From assembly GCA_028534125.1 (NCBI GenBank), contig CM052832.1, forward strand, positions 21,578,001-21,642,000: a stretch of 64,000 nucleotides of DNA. Reading direction: 5' to 3'. The position numbers and the translations under genes were made by a program. Source of the DNA: Lama glama (Eukaryota). Under the pieces are notes generated by a model. That model did no database searches and was not told the origin of the DNA. It worked only from the letters and a program-made list of their open reading frames with translations. Below, one piece after another: positions 12,215-22,726 of this stretch (within the stretch, counting starts at the first letter, position 1; every line of letters starts with the position of its first letter).

Positions 12215-12495
12215 ATGGTCACTACATGTCACTCTCCTCTTCAAAAACCTGCAAAGGCTCCCTGTTTGCTCAGAGAATCAGATTTCAAGTATTGCATAAG
12301 GGCTTCGGCCCACTTTCCCCAATAACACCAAAGACAATGTCTTGTTTCTGACATTTTCTTGAGTCCACATCTTGCTAATGCTATTTCCTTTGCCTGGAAT
12401 ACCTCCCCTACCATCTCCATGTATTAAATTCATTCTGAAAAGCATAGTTCGAAGGTTCTCTCTTTCTTGCTGGGTCCTCCTACATGCTCCCAGAG
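12215..12495 (+). mobile_element. L2 fragment
   Basis: catgtcactctcctcttcaaaaacct and tgctatttcctttgcctggaat are L2-type motifs. Confidence 0.6.
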
Positions 12496-12503
12496 ATCTC
12501 TTT

Positions 12504-12698
12504 ACCACCATATACAAAAACAGATAAAAAAACAGATTTCTTCTGTAGAGCACAGGGAACTATATTCAATATCCTGTAATAACCTTTAATGAAAAAAGAA
12601 TATGAAAATGAACATATGTATGTATATGCATGACTGGGACATTGTGCTGTACACCAGAAACTGGTACATTGTGACTATACTTCAATAAAAAATAAATA
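12504..12698 (+). mobile_element. Young camelid-type L1 3' tail
   Basis: gcacagggaactatattcaatatc...gcatgactgggacattgtgctgtacaccagaa...tatacttcaataaaa. Confidence 0.88.
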
Positions 12699-15449
12699 GG
12701 CAAAGAAAACAACCAGTAACAGTTCAGAAAGTAGTCAAATCTGATCTGCTATCCATATATTTGATACTAGCTTTTATAATGCACCCAAAACACCTGACAG
12801 CGCGGGAAGAAGTGTTACATCCCCACGGAGGTCCTCCACCCCAGCTCCCCTCCCTTTGGTTACTCTGAAGCTAAATAGTTTGACAAAGGAAAAGAAAACT
12901 GTATTTGATCTAATTCCTGTTACATTTTCTTTCATACACTTTTAGAATTTCTAAACAAATTCATATATATAAATATTACCCATGCAGGAAGAGGTTTCAC
13001 TGTTATTTCTAAAATTTAAAAAATTCGTTTAACACGTGACGACCACTCATTCTCATGGCGCTATTTTAGAATTACCGGTTACAGTATGAAAACTCTCGAA
13101 GTGTGGCCCATCATCACCACCCAGCAAACAGTGTAGGGCAACAAATTTGCTGCCATCTATGTTTTTATTTTTATCTTCAAAGTTTCACTATGCTATAAAC
13201 TACCTGAAATTAGAGAGTGGGCGGGACAAGTGGTTTTATTTTTTTTCTAATTGCTTAATAATAATGTCTGATGCCTATAAATTATTTTAGTAAGGACAAA
13301 TTATATAATTAAAAAAAGTAAAAATAGGAAGTCACATCAGAGGTCTAACTATGAGAGAAAAATATTTTGCAAGGGGACGAAATAAATGCAGGTGGGTTTT
13401 TTCAATTAGTATCCTGGAGTCCTGTGTCCTTCTGTATTGTCATTAAATATGTTTCTTACTTTTATTTACAGAGAGATGGTAACACGCTTTTACTGAATCT
13501 AACATTCAATGAGCTCAGGGGCTCAACATCGGGAAACAGTTGTAAAGTCTGGTTCGGCGCAAACTCTGTTAACGCTCCTAACCTCAGACTGCCTTCCAGA
13601 GGCTAATCCACACTGCATCCAAGGGGAAAAAAGGATGAAAAAAGAATGGAGGAAACTAAATTTCTCTGACCCACAGATAAACTGCTCTACAGTTCTAAAA
13701 AACTGATCAAAACCAATGCATCTCCTTCATGACCCTAAATTAACCCCTGGTATCACCGCACTTGAAGAGAAGCTGCAAAACTGTTTTCTGCCAGTTACTG
13801 CTGCATCTCCAGATAAGCCCACAACTCGTTTTCATTACGATTTCTCCACTGGGACCGGGAAGGTCAGATGTGACAATGTAGGTGTGATAACTCCCCTATT
13901 TTCTACATCTAATTTAGCACCTACTGTAAAACATCATTTCTATCAGCAGTGTGCTCATCGCTGATATCTCTCTGCCCCATCCCATCAATACTAAGAGTCT
14001 GAAATTCATTTCAGGGGTGGCTGGGCTTTTTGACCTATTTTCTCCTCAAGTGTTATGTCAAAAATAGGCTTATTTTTGTTCCATGTATTAAACATACACA
14101 TTTTCTTTATCTTTGGCCTTTATGACAAAGGAGTCTTTATTTGACAAGCAGAAGACAATTTAATATACAGCTCAATCTTCTCCAGTCTCTTGTCTTCATG
14201 TCACTTCAGAAATCAGTCAATCCTTTTTTTATGTTGTGGAGTGAGGTTACTGCACAGACAGCCAGTGGATGGAAATTTCTGGGGTTGGCTCTAAGCCAAG
14301 CAGTGCTTTCAGCCAATGGCAAGAAGGGTGCAGGTGAGGGTGGGAGGGCAGGTGGGTGGTAGAGGCCTAGGCAGTGAGAAAAAGGGCAAGACAGGAGGAA
14401 CACAACATAGCTGAGGTTTGCCCTGCGTCCTCCCCTTCCAACACTTCAGACCATCCAGCTGTATATAATTCATGTCACAACAACGTTCAGAGAAATTAAT
14501 CCATGTTCACATAGGAGGGAAAAAAATGCCCAGAGTGTAGGCTTCTGGACCAAATGGCAGGTCTGACCATTGTAAGTAATGAGAATACAGACAGAACATG
14601 ACACTTCAACTAAGTCCACCCAAGACCTCCTTGGAGGCTGAAGGGCTGCGACCCCATCAGCCAGGCTCTGCCTTCCAGAGCCTGTGCCCATCATCTGAGG
14701 CACGTTCTCAGGGCTTCCAGCAGGCCTCCTACTCAGCCCCGGGATGGGGTTCTCACATCCTAACCAGCCTCTCATCTCTTGCCTCTCTTTCCTTCTGTCT
14801 TCAAAGAGGAAGAGCTAAGAAGTGAGAAGACCCTGATCAACCACTCATAGTGAATATTGTGCGCTTTGTGCTTTTTCACTGGGAGATGATCCTAAGGTGT
14901 TAAAAAAAAAATCCTGTAGGTTTAAACATACATGCATGTTTACAGTGCAAAATGACAAGAAACTCTTAGAAAAAGCTCAATAAACTACCTATGATGACTT
15001 CAAAGGAGTTATGCTTAAAGTAACTTTCATCAATGTCAAAGTCCATAAAGATGAGATGAAATGTCAATAAAATGTTCAATACAGTGTCTGCATATAGTCA
15101 TCACGTAATAAATGTTGGCTCCTATTATGAACATGCAAGCTTCTTAATTAGTCTTCAATTAACATAACTGTCACAGTTCAATAGTATCACTTGTATTCAT
15201 TGTCTTATCACAAGTTAAAGTGTAACAAATGTCTCTCTAGCTATAGTTACTAACATACGTGGCCCTCATAATCTTTCTTCATAAATGACTAGATGTACCC
15301 CTCCATGAATTCAAAGAATGACGATGAATTTCACACCGGTATGTCACAGAGCGACACCAGAAAACAACACTGGCTATTGGCTTCTAACCATTACTTCAGT
15401 TCACATAAACTTCAGTTTTGACTGGTGGCATCTACACTGCCAACTAAAA

Positions 15450-15705
15450 ATTGGCACTTGCCATCTCCCTCTGCAGGGATTCAATCATGAGCTGCTGCAG
15501 TCATGGACCTTCAACACACCCTGAAAGGAGTTCAGGGTGGAGATCAGGAATGAGGCGCTCTGTGCTCTGGGAAAAACTGGCATAACAGGCCTTCGGATAG
15601 ATATTTTCAGAAGAAAATTGTACAAGCCCAAATTCTTGCATCTCTTCATATCTAGAAAAGCACTAAGATCATTAACAGTGACACCTGCTCCTCCTGACTA
15701 GCAGG
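15450..15705 (+). mobile_element. Truncated cetartiodactyl ERV1-type LTR
   Basis: accttcaacacaccctgaaaggagttcagggtggagatcaggaatgaggcgctctgtgctctgggaaaaactggc...atatctagaaaagcactaa resembles recalled artiodactyl LTRs; orientation tentative. Confidence 0.7.
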
Positions 15706-16075
15706 AAAAAGTTTCTTCTGGATAGCACAGGGAACTGTGTTCAATATCTTGCAATAATCTTTAATGAAGAAAATATGAAATGACTGTATGTATGTATATG
15801 CATGACTGGGACATTGTGCTGGATACCAGAAATGGACACATTGTAACTGACTGTACTTCAGTTAAAAAAAAAAAAGACACAAAAGAAGGAAGGAAGGAAG
15901 GAAAGAAAGAAAGAAAAACAAACTGAGGAATGGTCTCAATTAAAGAACACTAAAGAGAGACATGACAACTAAATGCAGGATCTTGAATATATATATGTAT
16001 AACTGAATCACTATGCTGTACACCAGAAACTAACACAACATTGTAAATCAACTATACTTCAATTTAAAAAATTAA
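15706..16075 (+). mobile_element. Two young L1 3' tails (15706-15880, 15985-16075) separated by (GGAA/GAAA)n and an old L1MC-like fragment
   Basis: tagcacagggaact...tgactgggacattgtgctg; aactgaatcactatgctgtacaccagaaactaacacaacattgtaaatcaactatacttc; between them taaagagagacatgacaactaaatgca. Confidence 0.8.
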
Positions 16076-16254
16076 TTAAAATTTAAAATATTTTAAAAAT
16101 TTATAGGGCCTATAAAAAAATCACTGTTACGATAGAAAAACAACTTTGGAAACCAATACTTTTTTGGTCAAAATGTTCTAAACTTGCTTTGAATTTCCGG
16201 GATAAACATTTATTTTACTGTTTATATGAGCATGGGGCAAAGAGTGAGAAAGAG

Positions 16255-16455
16255 TGAACTCTAAGTCTCAGGCATTTTACTTAGTAGTTATGTAACCTTG
16301 GGCAAGTTTACTTAACTTCTCTGAGCCTCAGCTACTTCCTCTGTAAAGTAAGAAATAAGACCAGATACCTAAAAGTATTGTTGGAAGAATAACATGAGAC
16401 AAAGTACATGAAAAGCACAGACTACAGTTCTGGCACAAATTAACATTCAAACAAT
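16255..16455 (+). mobile_element. MIR SINE
   Basis: Core tgtaaccttgggcaagtttacttaacttctctgagcctcagctacttcctctgtaaa. Confidence 0.85.
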
Positions 16456-19230
16456 GGAAGTTTCTTTTCCCTGCCATATAACTTCTAATCTTACATACCA
16501 CTTCTGTGAAGGCACTTTGTTATGGGCAGCAAAAATTAAGGATCAGAACGTTTATCATAGGTTATAAGATTTCAGAGAACACGTGATTAGCAGAAAGATT
16601 TTTATCCATTTGAATGCTTATCTGCTCACATTTAGTTTGTTAGTCCTTAATTATGAAATAAACACGATTCTAACAGGCAGGAGTTCGAAGAGTGCCATGT
16701 TAAATTGCCAAATATATTCTGTTGATCACAATACACATTTAACATTAGCTCTAACACTTGATATTATACTTGTAAATCCCCTGGAGGGTTATAAATATGG
16801 AGTTATTAATGAATCATAGTTATCACAGAAAGAAATAAGATTAAAAGATAAGATAGATCATTATAAGGTTCTCTAACTGTAGAAGTTACTCCAAAGAGTC
16901 TACTCAGTTCAAAAATTGTGATTCAGGTAATAAAAAGTGAGTTCAAATTGAATATTACAATTGTAATAAATCAACTTCATATAAAAGGCATAAAAGAATT
17001 ATATAGATCTTCTCAATAAAACAAGGTGTGTAATCATAACTGAAAAAAAAAGTTAGACTAAAATATAATAAAGATGACTTTCCAAAGGATACAATTTGCA
17101 TTCTTTATATTTAATATAAATTCACTCAGCCCTTCTCAACCCTAATACCCACCACCATTCAGCATCTGAGAGAAAAACTTACAACCACACATCTTCCTAC
17201 TGTTTTGGTAATTATACATTCATAAAAGAAGCAGGATAAAAATAAATGTCAAAATGAAAGCGAGAAATTAAAAAATGTTAGAAACAAGTTATTACACTTT
17301 TTCTACAGAAGGTTTAAAAAAGAGATTTTCTGTAAGGTCACGATGAAGTACAAATTAAGACTCAAGGCTCTCAAATCACCTCTGACTCTTCACAGTCCTA
17401 CAGTTAGGTTATTTTAGAAAACTTGAAATATGAAGGTTCCCAAGACAAACCATGGTTCCAAAGTATAACCTGATTTTTCTTACAGTGGCTTGTAATTAAC
17501 AGAAGAGTCGTATGAAAGAGTTCAGGTATCAACAAAAATCTGTGCTCTCCTTATCTTTGCCACCCTGATCAAAACATGGCTCCATCCTGGGTTACAGCCC
17601 CGCATGCCTAGTGCAAGTCTGGTCCTGTGGTTTGACTACATGAAGCTGATTTACAGGACAATGGAATTCAGTTCATCAATGTCCCATCAGGACTTAACAA
17701 AAAGTTAGGCACTGCTCTGTGGCAGGCAGGTAAGAGGTCAGATTTAGAGGCCAGAAAATTAGGGGTACCCTGAGGGAAGGCTGGGATCTTCTGAAGAATG
17801 ATTCAAGCTGAGAGGAATCAGGAGTAAGCTCTCCCCGACCTAAAAAAAAACCCACCGTGGCAGTAAAAATGAATGGTGGTGTCACTGGTGCCAGCTCTTT
17901 CCTGTGGGGTTTCACTGGGTGTCCTGAAGAGGTTCCTGGGTGGTGAGCTGCTTTGTCAGTCCACATCCAGGCTCTCACTTTTTATGCCCCCGAGAGCACT
18001 TCTCTCTTAAAAACAGTACTTACTGTCTTTCAGGATATCTTGGCAAGACACTCTACTTCGATTTACTCCACATTAGTCACATTTGTTAAATTCTCTACCA
18101 TTTCAGGTTCAAGATGGAAGACAACCAAAGGGCCTGAACCTACTGGCAAAGCCAACAGATGGACATGGGCCAACTCTTCCCTACACAGCGGAGGCTTAAC
18201 CCTCATTCTTGTTACTTCCACGTTCTTCAAAGCTCCAAACATCGCCCACTCTTCCTTTAGTCTTTAAGTGTGAGAGTGGGATAAAGGGGAGTGATCACCT
18301 TAGAAAGGATTAAAAAAAAAAGTGATCCAACCAGCTTCTTCAAATGTTTCCAAATTCAGATAGTTTGGTACAGGTTCAAACCCACACACTGACACACACA
18401 CTCGGTTGCTGTTAAGTTTATCTTATGATGCTCAGAACAACAAAAACACAAAGAAAGATAAAGAGGCTACAGGGAAAAGCAATTCCACAGGGAAACAGTT
18501 TGGGAACATATAAAATAACGTCGAGGACGGACTGCGAGTAGGTAAGGGCGGGGGGTGGGGGTGGACTGGACTTTCTCCTGTGGAGCAGAAGAGGTCCTGG
18601 CCTTGTCCAGGGAGCAATCTCATGACCATTAGGAAACAGGGCATCAACGGTACCAGCAGGAGCAAAAGGCAGGAACAAGCTGCAAAGCCCTAAACTTCAG
18701 GCACCTTCCAGGGTCCTTGGCACACGCCTTGGCCTTACGGTGAGCCAGGCTCAGTCAAAAGCCAGTAGAGTAAATTAATATTCTCCACTGAAAACAGAAT
18801 AACCTTGCTGACCTGTAGCTAAGTCTAAGACTCAGAATTATTAAGTCCAAAAGAAGAATATTTAATGAAGGTTTCACAAGTAAGTTCCAGAGATTTCTTA
18901 AATCCATTAGCTTCCAAACCTGTCTTGCACAATCTCCTAAGAAACAATGACTTTTTAAACTTAAGTTACCTTTTCTAGGCAGACTTAGAATCTCAGCCAC
19001 AATTAAAAAATACCAACAGAATTACTTAATATTAATGAAGACTAATGAAGGCAGACTCAATGGAATAGAAAATACAGACATACACAACTGAACTTTCATC
19101 TAAAAGTCTAAGGTCTCTCTCGTGTAGCTCAGGTGATTCTACCACTGAATCTCATACATTTATAATCTTGCAAAAGCCAAGAAAAAAAATTTTAGTTCAT
19201 CCTGTTCATGTAAATATATTGCCTAATTTA

Positions 19231-19482
19231 TGTTTATCTATTTTATATGTAGTAGTGTGTATATGTTAATCCCAAACTCCTAATTTATTCCTTTCCATCC
19301 CCTACCCACTTTGGTAACCACAGTTTGTTTTGTATGTCTGAGAGTCTATTTCTGGTTTGTAAATAAGTTCGTTTGTATCAATTCTTTTGTTTTTTTTTGA
19401 ATTCCACATATAAGTGATATCATACGATAGTTGTCTTTCTCTGACTTACTTCTCTTTGTATGATAATCTCTAGGTCCATCCA
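19231..19482 (-). mobile_element. L1 3'UTR fragment without a tail (apparent copy of ~22465-22722)
   Basis: tagtagtgtgtatatgttaatcccaaactcc...tgataatctctaggtccatcc. Confidence 0.85.
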
Positions 19483-20322
19483 GTTTTTTTTTTATTTAAT
19501 AAACAATGGTCATCATTTAATAAAAAAGAGGATTATACTCTTTCACTCTTTTTTTCAGTGGGCAATCAAGGACTGACAAAAAAATCCACCCTTCCCACCT
19601 ATAAAAGTACAAAACTCAACTGAATGGTGCTTTTTCCATTTGATGATTTAAATGATTAAAAATACACATAATTTAGTTCATTTATCAGACTTTACTATAA
19701 GACATTAAAAGCACTGGAATTTACTTATATTAATATTAACATTAATGTAAAAATAGTTATAAAGAAAGGGAAAAGTGTACTGAAATGATTTATTTTGTGC
19801 CATTTATAGGGGAAGAAATTTGGAGGGCTTGACTTCAGTGGAAATAAAACGTACATAAGTAGACAATATATTTTCACTAAGAGGCCTTCTACAGCCACAA
19901 TGAAGAGCTGCTGTTTGAAATGAAGTGTTGGTGTGTTCTTCCAATAATGGGTTAGAGGCTACTTTTATTGATTTTTTTTTTTGGCAAGGAAATGGGAAAC
20001 AAATTAGATAAGGAATTACTACTTTGTAGCAATGTTTTCTGTGAAGTCTAAAAGCCAGGCAGTTTCATAATGTACCTTATCATGAAGTACCTACCTTAGG
20101 GTGGATAACTGTTAATTTTTGAAAAATTTAGGAAAACCAAGAAGACTCAATGTACATTACGTATCCTCTATTTGATGGCAGGTCTCTAAATTTTCATCAT
20201 TAAAACTTAATTCTCTTTATTTAAGTTTCTGCGTTTTATAAAGATGAAACTCTTCCAGGCTACTGTTTTTACCTACAGCATAATTACAGGAAAGTAGGCA
20301 AGTGCTGTGATTCAGTTGTATC

Positions 20323-20689
20323 TCCCCAACAAAAGATATGCTGATGTCCTAACCCCTAGCACCTGAGAATGTGACCTTATTTGGAAAGAGGTCATTGCAG
20401 ATCTAACTAGTTAAGATGAGGAGTAGGGTGGGCCCCTAATCTCCTATGACGGAGGTCCTTACAAGAAGACAGACATAAAAGGCAGAGACACAAAGGGACA
20501 CCATGTGACAATAAAGGAAGAGAATGGAGTTAAACAGTTACAAGCAAACGAAAAAAGACTACCCGCAAACCAACCAAAGCTAGGAAGAGGCAAGGAAGGA
20601 TTCTCTTACACGGTCTAGAGGGAGCAGGGGTCTCCCTTTGGACTTTAGTCTCCAAAATTGTAAGACAGTAACTTTCTGTTGTTTTAAAA
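20323..20689 (+). mobile_element. MaLR solo LTR, MLT1B/C-like, 3' truncated
   Basis: gtcctaacccctagcacctgagaatgtgaccttatttggaaa...agctaggaagaggcaaggaaggattctc. Confidence 0.88.
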
Positions 20690-21210
20690 TGAATGCAAAA
20701 TGAGCTATCAAGCCATAGAAAGACCCAGAGAAATTTTAAATGCATATTACCAAGTGAAATAAGCCAATCTGAGAAGGCTACAACTCTGGTGATTCCAACT
20801 ATATGACATTCTGGAAAAGGCAAAACTATGAAGGCAGTAAAAATAATCACTGGCTGCCAGGTGTTGGGGGTGGGGGGAGGTGGGGAGAGAGGGATGAACA
20901 GGTGGCGCACAGAGGATTTTCACAGAAGTGGAACTATTCTGTATGATACTATAATGGTACATACATGTCACTACACATTTTTCCAAACCCATAGAATGTA
21001 CAACACCAAGAGTGAAGTACTGACTTTGGGTGACAATGATGTCAATGTAGGTTCACTGATAAAATCGATGTAGCACCGTGCTGAGGGATGTTATTATCAG
21101 GAGAGGTTGTCCGTGTTTGTGGCAAAGTATATGGGAACTCTATGTACTTTCTACTCAATTTTTGTTAAGAACCTAAAACTGCTCTAAAATATACAGTCTT
21201 AAAAAAAAAA
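20690..21210 (+). mobile_element. L1MC-type 3' end
   Basis: aatgagctatcaagccat...attccaactatatgacattctggaaaaggcaaaactatg...aacctaaaactgctctaaaa followed by an A tail. Confidence 0.88.
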
Positions 21211-21724
21211 AGGTTCTGCTATGCCAAGACTGGGTGACTGAAGTCTAAAAATGTAAAGAAGATGCTAAGGAGCTATGTTTATAAGATAAAAGCCAAGAGC
21301 AAAAAAAAAAAAAAAAGCATCTGAAAGCTGATTTTATGTAAAAAATTCTGCTTCTGGCTAAGGCAAACTAGCTTGTATCAAACCAGTGATCTTGCCAAGA
21401 GCAATTAGAAAAGGTGAATAAAATTTATAATATGTACTATTTGAACATCAAAAAGCTACCAAGGCAGTGAGAACCTGAGGAACCCTGAGATCCCAGAGAG
21501 AAGCTCAATATTTGAATCTACTTTTCCCTTCTGGGTATTTATCTAGTTGGAAGCAGTGGCTGGGAGGCTGAGCAGCCAAGTTAAAGCTAAGAGGCTGAGA
21601 AACTATGCAGTGTCCTAGGAGTTCTCACGGGTCTGTGGAGACAAAAATTAGAGTTGAAGAGCTGCCGTAAAAAAAGGCCCTGGTAACCACCACAGAATTT
21701 CTGTTGAGACCCTGAAGAGCTCCA

Positions 21725-21912
21725 CCAGCTGGTGTGTTGGATCAGGAGTTGATTACGTGCATTTTCTCTTCCCAATTTCATGCTCAGTGATGTCACACTG
21801 ATGGTCTGAAACTGGTAAGAGTGGAACTATTTACACTATGGAAATTGGCAAATGTTTCACGTCAGAACCCATCCCACTGATTGTCAGTTGTGAAACAGCA
21901 GCTCACCACTGG
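21725..21912 (+). mobile_element. MER63-like hAT-Blackjack MITE
   Basis: ccagctggtgtgttgg...tcagtgatgtcac...tatttacactatggaaattggcaaatg...caccactgg. Confidence 0.78.
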
Positions 21913-21935
21913 CTGCCATCAAAAAGTAAGGGCGA

Positions 21936-22118
21936 AACAAGCTTATATTGTATAGCATAGGGAAGTATATTCAGTATCTTGTAACTTATGGTGAAAAAGA
22001 ACATGAAAACGAATATATGTATGTTCATGTGTGACTGAAGCATTGTGCTGTACACCAGAAGCTGACACAACATTATAAACTGACTATACTTCAATAAAAA
22101 AAATATACACATACACAA
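21936..22118 (+). mobile_element. Young L1 3' tail with 15-bp TSD
   Basis: TSD aaaaagtaagggcga (21921-21935) and aaaaagtaagggtga (22119-22133); ...gtgctgtacaccagaa...tatacttcaataaaa. Confidence 0.9.
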
Positions 22119-22295
22119 AAAAAGTAAGGGTGAGCCAGAAACAATCCAATCCTCAGAAAAACTGAAAACAGTTTCAAAAATCAGCCTTAGATCAATTCAA
22201 GTGATCAGCCCTTAAGAGTCTAGCAGAAGCAAAATTAAATCCTCCCAGAGGAAGTTGCATGATAGTCTAGAACGTATAGTTTTAGGGTTTTTTAA

Positions 22296-22726
22296 CATGT
22301 ATGTATGTATGTATGTATGTATATATGGTTGATTTACAATGCTGTGTTAGTTTCAGGTGTACAGCAAAGTGATTCAGTGTTATATCTATATATATATATA
22401 TTTCAGATTCTTTTCCATTATAGGTCAATACAAGATATAACCTGTGCTATACAGTAGGTCCTTGTTGTTAATCCATTTTACATACAGTAGTGTGTATATG
22501 TTAATTCCAAACTCCTAATTTACCCCTTTCTATCCCCTATCCACTTTGGTAACCATAATTTATTTTCTTTGTCTGTGACTCTATTTCTGGTTTGTAAATA
22601 AGTTCATTTGTATCATTTTTTTAAAGATTCCACATATAAGTGGTATCGTATGATATTTTTCTCTGTCTGACTTTTACTTTACTTTTATGATATGATATGT
22701 ATGATAATCTCTAAGTCCACCCAATT
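22296..22726 (-). mobile_element. 5'-truncated L1 3' end with (ATGT)n-modified tail
   Basis: gtttcaggtgtacagcaaagtgattcag...ctttggtaaccat; direct repeat ggttttttaa at 22286-22295 and 22727-22736. Confidence 0.88.
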
